From Azolla caroliniana (lineage: Eukaryota > Plantae > Polypodiophyta), in assembly GCA_043228905.1 (NCBI GenBank), contig JBHGNT010000181.1:1-58988 (forward strand): 58,988 bases of DNA, written 5' to 3'. Under the pieces are notes generated by a model, which had not been told where the DNA came from, made no database searches, and saw only the letters and a list, made by a program, of their open reading frames with translations. Every line of letters starts with the position of its first letter. Position 1 is the stretch's first letter. The translations under genes were made by a program, and so were the position numbers. Positions 1 through 12,705 of this stretch are shown one piece after another.

Positions 1-436
1 GAGTGAAAAGCAAGTCACAGAAGGGAGCTTCGAGATGTGGTTTGTGGGCAAAGGGTATCGAAAGGATGGAGAGATTGGTGATCTAAAAGGAATTGAAGTA
101 GTGACCAAGGTAAAAGGACCAGAGCCTTGCTACATAACAAGTGCTATTGGTACTGTACAATGTGCAATGTTGTGCTTGCATTCTCGTGATGTCTTGCCCG
201 TAGGCGGTGTCCTTACCACTGCATCTGCTTTTGGGGGCGCAAATATTCAAGGTTTGCTTGAAGAACGCGGTCTTTCCTTTGAACACATTAGCACTAGCAT
301 CAATGAGAAGAAGGGACGGCAATACGAAAATTCTATTGTAACTTTGAAGCCATGGGTTGCATATTCGCTTCCCATTATTATTCTCATTACCATTGTCATT
401 ATATTTGTTTTTGTGCTCTTTATTAGCTTTTTTTAA
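1..436 (+). CDS. 3' end of a saccharopine dehydrogenase-like oxidoreductase (SCCPDH family), 5' part outside the window, with a hydrophobic C-terminal tail
   Basis: ORF 35..436 contains VVTKVKGPEPCYITSAI...LPVGGVLTTASAFG, matching the family C-terminal pattern GPE.GY..T.I...LP.GGV.TPG..FG. It ends in a ~25-aa hydrophobic stretch. Confidence 0.75.
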   Translation, partial: SEKQVTEGSFEMWFVGKGYRKDGEIGDLKGIEVVTKVKGPEPCYITSAIGTVQCAMLCLHSRDVLPVGGVLTTASAFGGANIQGLLEERGLSFEHISTSINEKKGRQYENSIVTLKPWVAYSLPIIILITIVIIFVFVLFISFF

Positions 437-809
437 AGGTAGGTGATCCACACACCACCTAAGAAATAATCATGTTTTCCCATTCTAAGACCGTAGTAAA
501 ATTCTATGGATGGTTGAAATTACAAACATCATCCTTTTTTCAGTTATATTATTGGGTTGTCTTTTTACAACATGCAAATTTACAAGTGTTGTAGGTGGAA
601 AAGGTTTTATAATTAATTAATCACAATTGGATTCATTAAACAAAGAAGATTGTGCGAGATTTTGATTTATTTATGAATTTATATTATTTTCCAAAGCGAG
701 GATAAACAAGGTTGAGGGAAGTGTAACCTTTGTAGCTGAAGAGATTGGTAATAAACTCAAGGTTTATTTGCTAATTCATTGATTGTAAAAGAAACAAACA
801 CGTAATATG

Positions 810-1545
810 TGAAGCAAGGGTTTTGAACCTTAGTTGTTTCTCTCACCTATTTTGTTGGAGCTAGATCTTATTGTAAGAATGAGATAAGGATATAATAGAT
901 ATATAGAAAAGAGAGGAGAGAGAGAGAAAGAAGTTGTCGATCCACATGAGCACCCTCGAGCGAAGGGATCGAGAAGAACTCAAGCCTCGATCGGTGTCCC
1001 ATACCGCTGTCGTGGCCTTGAGTCGCTCGCTACTAGAGTTGATCCACCACAAGGACAAAGTCTCAACATAGTCAAAAGATATCAAATGAGGATAAGTAGG
1101 CCTCAGATTTATAGTCAGACCTAAGGTCCCCAGGCCAATTCACACTTAGCCTTAATGGGTTGTCTCAATCCCAAGGATTTAAATTAATCCTTCCCTTCTT
1201 TACACTCTCGGTTAACTGTCAAACATTATCCTTGTCTATAAATTACGGTGGTAAAACTTACCGCGGGATATTATATGATCATACCCGTAACATATTTCAT
1301 ATGTGCACAAGAACATGTATAAAGGAAGGATTTTGAACATTCGTTGATTTACTCACCTACGTCATATGTGTGTTGGCTCATTCTTATTGGACCATGAGCA
1401 TCCAGTTTGATGGAGGATCAATTTAGCTATTATATCTGTATTTTAAAGAACTATGCAGAGGTTTTTGAACCTTAGTAATTGATTACTCACCCATTTCATA
1501 TGTGGACAAGCACATGTAGAGGAAGGATTTTGAACCTTTGTTAAT
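810..1545. repeat. Degenerate ~65-bp tandem repeats (ttttgaacctt..ctcacctatttcatatgtg), interrupted by a solo LTR
   Basis: The motif gg(a/t)ttttgaac(c/a)tt recurs at ~820, 1330, 1463 and 1527. ctcacc..catatgtg recurs at ~843/1298, 1352 and 1486. Confidence 0.6.
853..1292 (-). mobile_element. Solo LTR (family F), 440 bp
   Basis: Ends are TGTTGG...CCCGTAACA, with a perfect 5-bp TSD TATTT (848-852 and 1293-1297). A TATA-like CTATAAAT lies on the minus strand at ~1107-1114. Colinear with 32101-32567. Confidence 0.85.
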
Positions 1546-1575
1546 TTACAATTATGTAAATGAAGAAATATCTTT

Positions 1576-1593
1576 CAACATGGTATTCAGGCC
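1576..1593 (+). other. Possible degenerate LTR end plus tRNA-iMet PBS of an old element
   Basis: CAACA followed by TGGTATTCAGGCC resembles CA+TGGTATCAGAGCC. No partner LTR or intact ORF is seen. Confidence 0.3.
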
Positions 1594-1849
1594 ATTACCA
1601 TAAGCTCTTGTTTCTCCACTTTACAAGCTAAGAATTTTTTTTTTGTACAATTTTACTACTCATGGGAAACCTCAAATTGAGGTGAGAACCCACAAAGAAT
1701 AAAGAAAAATATACGAGTGTCAATTAGACACTAAAGAGTTTAAAAGCACTCCAAGTAAAGATTGTATATTTGTAGTGTGATGGCTCTAAGTTGTAGACAA
1801 TCAAATAGAGATTGCCTAAGGGATTGCTTAAAGAAGCTAACTTCATGCA

Positions 1850-2420
1850 TTTAGTTTCACTCAAAGAACTTATTATTGCGGGCTATCCAAATGGTCCACA
1901 ATGCCCACAATTATGTCCATTGGAGAAAATAGGCATTGTTGGATAGGGTGCACGGAATTTGTCCAAATATCAAAAAGTGTTCCCAAACCTTCGGTGACGA
2001 AATCTGTGATAAAGAGATACACTTAGTCTTTGTACAAATGTTGTAGTGAATGAGCAAGTCCATAATAAGGGTGGGACTATTTCCAATCGTCCACCACATC
2101 TTGCACAATTCGACGAGGCTATCAATCTCTTTTAAAAATTTGATCTAGTCAGGACCCAATAGGCATCTCCAAAGGAATACCTGTTGCTTAAGTGGAAGAC
2201 CAAAGCTCCATAAGCTTGTAAGCCCGTTTTTCCACCAGGACTGCATTTTGTGCAGGTTACATAATGCATTTGCATGTTTGTGAAACCGTGGGATAGGTTG
2301 CAACAACATATACACTGAACGTGTTGTAATGTTATGCATCGGAATAACAATGTTCCCTTTCGGTAACATCCAATCCTAGATCTTGCGATCTCCATCAAGA
2401 GGTAGCACAAATACTAAGGA
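1850..2420 (-). pseudogene. L1-type LINE ORF2 C-terminal fragment (zf-RVT region)
   Basis: Minus-strand frames give WSFGLPLKQQVFLWRCLLG and CARCGGRLEIVPPLLWTC, typical of the zf-RVT region. Frameshifted. Confidence 0.6.
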
Positions 2421-3324
2421 AAGTACCAACTCTATAACTTGATTCTAGATAATGTGATGATGTGGCCCAATACTATAACAACATGTCATGTCATTGAAGT
2501 GCAATAAGTGACATGGTCAGTTATCACATTTGCAATTGATTTGAGCCCCTTCTTTGCTAAAAAATAAGCTTTCCTAGGCTCTTGTTCAGCTAGTGATTGT
2601 GGGAATATAGCATTCCAATGTAAGCTCTCGAGACTTAAAGATCCTTTCCACTCATTGCTCATAATCTTATTATTGGTCATTGTTCTAGTCATAACCTAGG
2701 ACATATATATTTTAGTTCTTAATTGGTAATGATTATATGTTCTGATTATTAGTCATTACACTACTCTTTTTTATGCTTAGTAGGAGCTAGAAGGCTTCAA
2801 TTGATCTATTTTCTAGCTCTCTTTCAAACTACCGATATTCTTTACATTTATTAAATCTAAGAAAGATTTTTGTTCGAAGTCATATTCCACATTTGTAGAA
2901 ATGAATGTTATTGCGTTGTGGCGATGTTGTCATGATGTGGTAGGTCAAAAAGGTTGGAAAGTGACAAAAAAAAGTGATAAAGAAACGTGTGGAGTGTATG
3001 AAAAATTAAGAGAGAGAATGTGCAGCTTGTGGGAAAAAGGGTCAACTTAATAGGAAATCTTAGAAATTAATAGGTTGTCATATGGCCACCAACACACAAC
3101 CAGTTCCCTCTCCATCTCCGTATGTATCAATTAAAAAATATATACTTATATATACACACATCTATATATAATTTTTTATTTCCTTTAGGGACTCTCTTAT
3201 AACAAATTTTTAATAGTTATGGTTTAGGGCAAGGTCATTGGAGTCATAAACAACGATGTTGCAAAAATCTCAATCTAAAAGGAGAGTTTCCATCCATTTT
3301 TGAAAATGAGTAAATAAGATTTAT

Positions 3325-3785
3325 TTTGATTAGAATTATATTCAAGAAATTTCATATTAGGGTTGATTTTGGAAGCAATAAATTTCTAAATAGAATAAAT
3401 TCTAAAAATTTCATATTAGGATTGATTTTGAAAGCAATAAAATTAGAATAAGAGTTTAGAAATTTCATATTAAGGTTGATTTTAGAGGAAACAAAGTTCT
3501 GATTAGAATAAGGTTATATAAGTTATGTGATTAGTGTTGATTCTAGTAGCAATAAATCTTTGATTAGAATCAGATTCTAGAAACTAATAATAAGGGTTTA
3601 TTTTGGAAGCAATAAAGCTTTGATTAGAATCAATTCTAGAAATTATGTTATTAAGGCTCCACCTATGAAATAAAATATGATTAGGGTTTAATTAATAGAC
3701 TAGTATAACACAAAAATTGTGAGGATTGTGCTAACATTCTCTTAGACCAAATTTCTTTTAAAGCTTTGATTAGAATCAGATTACA
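3325..3785. repeat. AT-rich ~55-60 bp minisatellite
   Basis: Unit gattagaat...agaaatttcatattagggttgattttggaagcaataaa repeated about 6-7 times. Confidence 0.8.
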
Positions 3786-5499
3786 CATGTCTAGCTTAAT
3801 GAACATAGTTGACTAATTCCTCCCTATCTTAGGGTGTTGAACTTTGCAAAGTTCTACAAGACAAAGGAGGATTTCAACAAGGTATATGGTTTGTCACTAG
3901 GGGTATTCACCTTGCAGTGGTAATAGACAAAATGGTTATTGATGTAGAGTGGTTGTTAGTCCACAAAGTAACCATAGTTAAAGATAAAGGTGGAGGTGAA
4001 GCATGTATGTCTTGAGTTGTACACGAACTCATCAAGTTTCACCAAAAAGTGCATCAAGAGATACCTATCAACAATGAGTTTTTAATTGCATTCGAAAGAG
4101 TGTTTGCCTACGAGAATTGTCAAATTCAGAAGGAAGTGTCTAACCCTTAATTGTATAGGGTAACAAAAATGCCTATAAGTGAGGCATTGATAGAACATTG
4201 TTGCAAGATGGGAACTTGCAATAGAAGATGGCAAGATTTTGGAGTATGGGAGTTGATGATACAACCACCGACTAACAGCAAATAGGCAAGGAGACATCAC
4301 ACGGACACAACAATAAAACCAATGTCAATGATACATGGGAGACATTGATTCAGTCAATGCTACAAAATGTTCATGAAGCCCATGGAGCATTGGAAGCAAC
4401 AAAGGCTGACCGAGAGAAAGCAACATTTGATGCTAGCGTGGAAAGCAAGGTCAGGATGACTATCACATCAATGTGGACCAAGATTGATATTGCTCAACGT
4501 AGAGAATCTAGCTAGTTATGGACATCTAGGTTCTTACAATGAACTTGGATCGTCTAGGGCTTAAACATGTTGCACAAGCAACAATGTTCCAAAACTCCAA
4601 GTCGATGTTGTTACCCATAGGAGATGTATAGGGAGGTGTAAGGGTGAAAGATGATAGAGTGATTGTTGTGCATGTGTAATGTATATGAGTGTGAGTGTGA
4701 GGATGAGTATGTGTATGAACACATGCACATTTGTGTGCATGTGTACAAAGATGAGAAAGGGGTAAGTGGTGTAACCATCTACTTGTCTTGTGAACGTTAA
4801 TTGTAACGGTTACCTCTTGTAGATATGTAAACCCCAACCATGGGGCATGAAAGGGATAGAAGAAGTTTCCCTCCAATTTGTGTCTGTCTCTCTTTCTCTA
4901 TTCTCTATTTCTCTCCCTCTCTCTCTCTCTCCATCTCACTTCCTCACTCTTGAACCCCCTTGGAAGATCCAACCCCCACCTACCCCCACCTATTAACAAT
5001 GTCATTATTTCTTGCTCTTCATTCTTCCTCATTCGATGAATGATAAAGCAATAAAATTTTCTTCAAATTCTAGGAATAATACCAAAATCAAGAAAACAAC
5101 TAGTATGTTGCCTTAAAAAACAAGTACAATTTGTGGAGGGAATGGTAAGGTCAAGATAGGAATATGACCTCACCATTCCTGCCCCCTTACCAAAAGTAGT
5201 AATTGGAGGACAACGTACGTTGGCTATTCAAGCCACATGCATTACTTGTGGCTTAGCCATTGTGGACACAATTGCCACCATGTTTTTTTTTCGATAAAAA
5301 ATATGCTCCATTGGTGGCTGAATTTGATTCCACATACTGAATATGTAACCAAATTATGAAAGCTCTTCGCTCCATGGGATAAAACGCAATGTGCCGCCTT
5401 AAATAGTGCCCATCTATTATCTGCCATATCGAAACGAGCATGCCCTTCATCTCCACTAAAATTTAAAATGTACTTGTAATGAATCTCCCTATAAAATAA

Positions 5500-7410
5500 G
5501 ATGATCTACATCCTCGTCACCTCAAAAAGAGAAAATCTGCTTCAATCCCCCACCATCTTCATTCACTCCTTATCACAAAACAAAATTCTGCTTTGGTCGG
5601 CTCACATCAACCATCTCGCTGCTTACCACCAAAGTCCTGTAAAAATAACAACACAAAGAGTCTCATGTGTTTCTCATCCCCTCAAGATCTGCTTCAGCCA
5701 TCCCCCACCATCATCACTCCTAACAATCCGCAAAGGTTTGGTTTGAACCGAACCAAACCGCGAAACCGCAATTTAACGGTTTAACGGTTCGGTTCAAGTT
5801 TGGGTTTTTTTTAACGGTTTAGTTCGGTTTTAGTAGTCTAAAAACTGCGGTTTAAACGGTTTATTTTTTTTTTTTAAAAATAAAAAATTGTAAAAAAAAT
5901 TTTTAAATTTGTTTTAAAACAATCTTTTCATTTTTAGACCTTATCCTCACATTTAGGAACATTTTTAAAAATTTTAAAAATTAAAAATAATGAAATATTG
6001 TAAATTTAAAAAATTTAAAAATTTGACCAAAATCGAAACTAAACTATGAAACTGCGGTTTTTGCGGTTTAACGGTTTACCGCTTTGAAAATTTGTAAACG
6101 GTTTGGTTTAACGGTTTCATGGTTCGGTTCGGTTTGGTTCAAGTTTCAATATTTTTAAACGGTTCGGTTTGGGCCCTCTCGAACCGAACCGAACCGTTGC
6201 CGATTGTTAATCACTCCTAAAAACAAACAAATTGCTTCATTTAGTCCACATCAACCATCTCGCCAAATACCAACAACGTCCTGTACCAATAACAACCAAA
6301 TAAGTGAAAATTATTTCCTCATCCTCTCATGATCAACTTCAGCCCTCACACCATCAACACTCATCCTCCCCTCATGACAAATATGCTTCAAACCCCATCG
6401 CCATCATCCCTCAACCTATGATAACCATAACTTCTTAACTCGACCCACATCTAAAATGCATCTCGTTAACCCACTGGCCATAATAATCCGCTTCACCCCC
6501 CCACACCAACATTACTCACCCTGATCACAAAAAACAAAAAACCATTTTCGACATGTCCACTTCCACCATCTCGCTATCTCTGATTATCTCAGATTCCCGC
6601 CTCTTACTGCTAAAATCCAACAATGGCATGTCCAAATAACAACAAAATAAGTGACAAATGTTTTCCTCCTCCCCACATGATCTGCTTCAACCCTCACACC
6701 ATCATCACTCATCCTCTAGCCATGACACTTATACTTCAAACCCCATCACCAACTAACACATCCCACATATTCAACATCTCGTTAACCCCTTTGCCTTGCC
6801 GCCGAATACCGGGAAAATCCTGTACTGACAACCAAAAAAGAGTGTAAAAAAACAATTCCTCACCTTCTCATAATAAACGGCTTCATCCCCCACACCAACA
6901 TCACTCATCTTGCTCACAAAAATAGAAAACCAAGTTCGTCATATCCACATCCACCATCTCGCTACCTCTAATTATCTTAGGATTTCAACCTATTACCACT
7001 AAAATCCACCAAGGTCCTGTCCAAATAACAATCAAAATAAGTGAAAAATGTTTTCCTCATCCCCTCATGATCTGCTTTAGCCCTCACACATCACCACTCA
7101 TCTTGCCACTTATGCTTCGAATCCCGTCGCCATCATCCCTAAACCTATGAGAACCATAACTTAACCCACATCTTCAATCTTCAGCATCTCGCTAACCCTC
7201 TTGCCATGTCGCCGATTACTGGTCAAATCCTATACTAACAACCAATATATGAGTGTAAAAGAAAAAAAACAAAAGTGTGAAAGTCTCATAATAAACTGCT
7301 TCATCCCCCACACTAACATCACTCATCCTGCTCACAAAAACAAAAAACCAACTTCGTCATGTCCACATCCACCATCTCGCTATCTCCGATTATCTCAGGA
7401 TTTCTGCCGA
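5500..7410. repeat. Degenerate C/A-rich satellite-like tandem array (~170/350 bp higher-order units)
   Basis: Recurrent ccacatc(a/c)accatctcgct, ctgcttca.ccc.cacaccatca and aaaataagtgaaaa motifs. Confidence 0.7.
5721..6209. mobile_element. Non-autonomous hAT element (MITE), 489 bp
   Basis: TIRs TAACAATCCGCAA.../...TTGCCGATTGTTA. 8-bp TSD ATCACTCC (5713-5720 and 6210-6217). Many subterminal AACCG/CGGTT motifs. Confidence 0.9.
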
Positions 7411-7942
7411 CACTAGTTGAAATCCTTGTACATTCCAAGAGCCTTCCTACATGCCGCAACCGCCTTGTCCCTGTTAACTCATGTTGTTTGCAGTAAGAAT
7501 GGTGACGATGGCAGGAACAACCACCGAGGTGGTACGTAATTCCACCTGACCTCAGCGCCTGCATCTAACATTATAGGAATAGCTGACCAAACTTGGTGAA
7601 TTCTCCGTCTTTTCCGAATAGTTGTGTTTTCAGAACCCTTATAACTGTCATAATCACCTTTAACCGTATGTACCAATAAGTTCCAAAAAGACTTTACTTG
7701 TTCCACAACGTGAGTGTTTTCATCATTGTATAACTTGGAACACCTAGCTCTCCAAAGAACCCATAAAGCCAACGGGGAGACAATCTGCCAAACATAACTC
7801 CGCGAGAAGATCTTGATTCCATGCAAGGAACTTGAGGTAGAATATACGTGAAAACTTCTTACATTTAAAGAGAATTGCCACCATGTTGGTGCAACTCCAA
7901 GCATGCTAGCATACATATCATTCAACTTGTTTTACATTCACT
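7411..7942 (-). pseudogene. L1-type LINE 3' fragment (ORF2 C-terminus)
   Basis: ORF 7479..7925 contains WQIVSPLALWVLWRARCSKLY, matching the W..W..RN...F motif of plant L1 ORF2. Cut at 7943 by an LTR. Confidence 0.6.
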
Positions 7943-8311
7943 TGTCACACCGCAACAATGTGTTTGCGGGACTGCAACATAGTTCTCTCCCTGAAGAGTG
8001 GACAAAATAGACTTGTAAGTTTGCTAGACTACTATCTACAAAGGATAAGTTGTTGTAGTAGGTAATTGTGTCTGGATGTAAGTTCGAAGTGTAGTTGTTG
8101 CTAATTAACTAAGGCATCAAAAAGTGATAGCAAAACATCTAAGGTAATGAACAGTAGTAGCTAAATAGATATGGAAGTGGAAGAGTAATAGCTAATTAGC
8201 TAAGCCCATGAAAGTCTAGTGGTAGCAAATTACCTATGCTAGCAAAGAGTGGTAACTACATAGGTAAGGCTAGTAAGAGAAGTAGTCAATAAATACGGTG
8301 GCTTCTTTACA
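7943..8311. mobile_element. LTR-like unit of element E, followed by a PBS-like sequence
   Basis: TGTCA...TTACA ends with internal agtagtagctaa repeats. Followed after 4 nt by TGGCGTGGGC (8316-8325). No partner LTR in the window and orientation is ambiguous. Confidence 0.5.
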
Positions 8312-8973
8312 TTTATGGCGTGGGCACTGTGTCGCGTAATGTTCGGGTTGTTCGGGCGGTACATTCATATCCGTAGGTGTAGCTTGCTCCTCTTGGTTTT
8401 GCTACATTCTTCTGGAATTCCGAGGTCGTTGCCGCTAGTCCCCGAGTGACTCATGACGCCGGTCATCCTCCGAACTTTCGTAGTAACGCCGTTGGTCCCT
8501 ATATTGTCGGTTTTTCCCATGTGAGTGAGGCCCATTGAATCCTCCACGATTGTGTGCCGAATGACAGTTGTCGTAATGATGCCCCCCTCTACTTTATCGA
8601 TTAGTAGACCTATATTCATCATCTCCCCGATCTTCTTCATCGGAATATGGGTCGCTGTTAAGGATGGTTCAGAATGGGCGTTCTTCGTGTTGGTTTTGGT
8701 CCGCATACCACAAGTGATCCTTCTGCCGTTCTTGACCATTCTTGCGATATTGCCGTTGTGGTTCCATGCGACGTATGACAGGTGCAGGTCTGTTCATATT
8801 ATATTCACATTGCTCCACTGTGTGCGCCTTTGAGTGGCAAATCGGGCAATGAAATTGTATATTGCATTTGTTGTTTGGTCGACACTAACTATTTACCGAT
8901 ACAGTATAAGACGAACGTTCATTCCGAATGTTCTATCAAGAAGTTGTGGTTAAACGAATAGAGACGTATTGGT

Positions 8974-11923
8974 TGTAAACTGATCGGTGATAAGAGACAC
9001 CAAGATCGTTACATAGATAATAAGTTTAGATAGAAGGAAATAATTAACAAGCCAAGACGATTTGTACACAGTACACCGATTCGTACACAGAGATTTCCTA
9101 ACTAAACTTTCTATTACTAAATAAACGATAGGTTTTTACAATGCCTTTGGTTCCTTTTATAGGCACCCTGAAGGTCTTTTCTCATCAAGAAATACTACTC
9201 CTATAATTATCAAGAATTACAAAATTTCATAACTAACTATCTACTTTTCGGCTCTGTGCTGAGTCATCGATCCGACTCCGACTCCAATTCCGAACTCCTT
9301 CTGACTCTGACGCTTTCATACCTATCCGGGTAGCACTTGGTATGCCCGTGGGCCAGGACGTTGTCCGGCGACCCACGGTATCCTCCACTCTTGCTGATCG
9401 TCATCTGAATCTTCGTCTGTGTCGTCGTCCAGGATGTCAAACAATGAAGGTTCTCCTTCGTGCCTTGGTTTGAAATCAGCATCCTCTTCTTCATCTTCGG
9501 TGTCTTCCTCGTTGTCGGTCGATGGTTTTGGTGGTGTTGTTTCCGATGTTCCCAGTCCAGGTGTCTTGCTTACTCTTTCGGCTTCAATATGGTCCAACGA
9601 GACCGACGTATCGACATCATGCTTGTCGAATTCTTGCATGATTCAGTTAATTTCCTCTTTTTAAGAAGCCGCTATTTCATAGATATACTTAGCAATATCC
9701 TCATGTATAGTAGCTATTACTTCCTGCAACATCTTGAAGAAGCCTGATCCATGAGCTTTCCGATTTTCTCTGTCGGCGCGTAATAATTGAAGTTCTGCAT
9801 CTTGCGGCGACCATGTTTTCCACCCTTTTTCCAACGATTCGTCGACCAGGTTGAGGGTATTAAGTTGGTGACGTTGTATTAATGCTTGAACCTTCTCTTG
9901 AGTCATACTTACCTCTAACTATGTTGTTGCCAATCTTTTCCGTAAATCAGTAATCACTGTATTGGTAACTCCTTCGGCTACGTATAGGTAAAGCCTCTGC
10001 TCGGATATGTTTTGTATTTCTGCACATTGCCTCTCCAACTTTACTTTCTCTACATTCTAGTCATTCTGCTGCTAAATAATTTTGTTTTTGACTTCTTCTA
10101 TGATCTGGTCTCTTCGAGCCAACTATGTTGTGAAACAAACTTCTTGAGTTATCACATATTCCTCCAGTTCGTCGACTTGTTCCACATATTGCCTTGTATC
10201 CTCTTGCTGTTGCTCTAGTTGTCGGTGTAGATCTCGTAACATATTATCTTTTTTGGCTAAACATTTGTCGGCTTCTGCTTTTGCCACCTTCAATTGCACC
10301 TCCATTTCTTTTACTCTGGTCTCGGCCTTTTCTGCCCTAATTTCCGCTTCCCTTCGCACTTGTTCGGCTTGTTCCAACTTTTGTTGTAGTTCTGATTACG
10401 AGTCCAAAGGTTGACTTTGTGACTCTAGTTGTTTTATATATTTACTTGCCTTTTCTAGAACTACTTGGTCTTTTTGCAGTTGATCCTTCAACCGCTAATT
10501 CTCTTCCTGCCGTCGTACACACCATGCATTAAGCACATCTGCTGTTGCCGTTGCCTGCTTATACATTTCAGCCATATCCCTGGTGGCTCGGCTAGCTTTC
10601 TCATACTCTCTGTGGACTTTGACTAATGCCTCATGTAGAGGTGGCATTTGGATAGCCTCACCTCTATTCTTTGCATTACGCCGTCGGCCGATTCTGTCCA
10701 CTTCGGCTTGTTCTTCCGGCTCAACTGCTCCGCTCAACGATTTCTGGATCATCATTTGATCCTTGTGTTCTTGGGCCATCCTTTCCGACACTTGTAGTCT
10801 TCGAGCTAACCATTCTACCAGTTCATAAGATGTTACGAACTGCAGAATGGCAGCTAGTTCATGTGTTGCTGTCGGAATGTCCGAAAAACCAAGTGCTTCT
10901 TGCACTGTTGCTGTTGAAGCTTGCCCTTTCTGAAGTCATGTCACGTCATTGGGGTTGACACGAGGTACCTGTGGAAATGAAGGAACTTCTTCTATGTTGG
11001 TTTTCTGTTTCTTCTGTGCCGGTTCTTGTTCTGGTTTAGAGTACCATTGGGCTCTTTGTTTCACCCTTCCTTGCCTTGGCTGTTTCTTGCTGTTGTGTTT
11101 GTTACTCAATGAGTAACGACTCTTGTTGTTGCGTCGCTGGTTGCTGCTCATGTTCGGGTTGTGGTGTCGATTGTTGAAACTACGTCGATTGTTGTTGCTC
11201 TGATTCTCTTTGTTGTGTTGGTTCGGACTGTTCGAACTCGGTATGAGTAGTGTCGGCGTGCACCGACTCTTCCTCTCTCCACTCTTCTCGTGGAACTTGT
11301 CGATGTGTTCGGGATGGTTGTACCGGAGGCGGTCTCCGTACCTCGGATCGGTTTTTCGACTCTTGTGGCGGAAATAATACCGACAGCCAATGAGCAAAAA
11401 TGAACACCATGCAGTTGCTCTCTCTGAGCTTCTGCTGACAGTAATGCCTAGTCGAAAACTTCGCCTTCATAGGTGGCAATAATGAACCCAGCCCTTTTCT
11501 TAGGCATGCAATAGAATCGGGGACTGACAAACCCTATTTCCAATAAAAATCTTGCAACCTCATGAAAAAACTCATCACTACCTCCATATGTCTGATATGT
11601 CTTGGCCGAGGGTGAGTATTCTCCGAAGTAAGATCGCAACCCTTCTTCCGATACTTTCTTTACAACATCGAAGCCTCCTCTTTGCATCCCTAACGCTTGT
11701 CGAACCTTTTTGTTTGTAATCTTAGAGACATTGATTTCTTCCATTAGAGCTTCTGCTTGTGGGTGTGGTTCGGCCTTTGCAACTTTGATGAATCCTTGCA
11801 GATTTTTATGAATAAGCCATTGGCGTAAATCATCAAAAACTGGTATCGGCATCTCGTCATCATCGGTGGATAGAACGTCGCCTGGTGATTGTGAAGGAAA
11901 GCTCTGCTGGCGATGGTGAAGAA
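8974..11923 (-). mobile_element. Element B: 3' part of a divergent family-A Gypsy (3' LTR ~8974-9335 plus decayed accessory ORF), interrupted by A1
   Basis: 9080-9170 aligns with the family-A LTR core (cacag..ttctatta..tttacaatg..ccttttatagg; TATA on minus). LTR edge ccgggtagca is followed by ct+tggtatgcccgtggg. ORF 11448-11923 (LRQWL..LQGFI..EPH..YFGEYS..YQT.GG) is homologous to the A accessory ORF. The left LTR edge is approximate. Confidence 0.7.
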
Positions 11924-12705
11924 TGTTACTCCTTAGGGCTGGACAATAGCCTAACACAGGGTGTCTATGGAAGACACTTCACCAAAGGGGTGTTACGGCG
12001 AGATAACTTAGGCTTAACGATTGATCAAACCCTAATCGGTTACTTAAGCAATATGTCATTAACTTTTATACACGCGTAAGATAGAGCAATTAGCACAGAA
12101 CGGTAATCAATACACAGGAATAAGACAATGAACTTCTATTAATTATCCATCAAAATTTTACAATGTAATTGGGCCTTTTTATAGGTCACCAGCTCTAGGT
12201 ATAAAACGGTGCCAACCGGCACCTGTTCGGAATCGGTCCGGATCCGGATCAGCATACCGATTCCGGTCCGTCCGTTCACTTCTCATTAATTACTTAATTA
12301 TAGTAAATTCCCGAATATAATTCCCCTCCCGCATTCTGGTCTTGAATTTCCTTTATCTCCTTTGCTGACCAGTCAACACATGGCACGCCCGTGGGAAAGT
12401 ACCTTGTACGTCGAATGCCACCAACTAGCTCTTAATCCTCGTCCAAGATATCCAGAATGCTCTGAACCAGGGATTCTGATGGTTCCACGGGAATCGGCTC
12501 CGTTTGCGGCTACTGCTCCTGCTGTTGCGTTAGTTGTTGTTGTTGTTGCGTTGGCTGTTACTGTTGCTGTGGTTCCGGCTCCTCCAATCGGTGCTCCTTC
12601 GATGGCATCTGTCTGACTCCCGGTACCAGCGATTGTTGCGGAGGTTCTTCCCTTGGCTGCTCTGCCTGCTTTGACTCTGGTTGGCTCGTCCCCGCCTTGT
12701 CTCCG

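Noticed and set aside
3325-3785. Regularly spaced repeats that might suggest a CRISPR array
   Set aside because: Whole units are degenerate copies with no unique spacers, there are no cas genes, and the context is eukaryotic.
3800-4520. Purine-rich, coding-like stretch
   Set aside because: Too decayed to assign; no motif recognised.
5139-5200. Hairpin ggaatggtaaggtca...tgacctcaccattcc as a possible Helitron 3' end
   Set aside because: No CTRR terminus at the expected distance and no other Helitron evidence.
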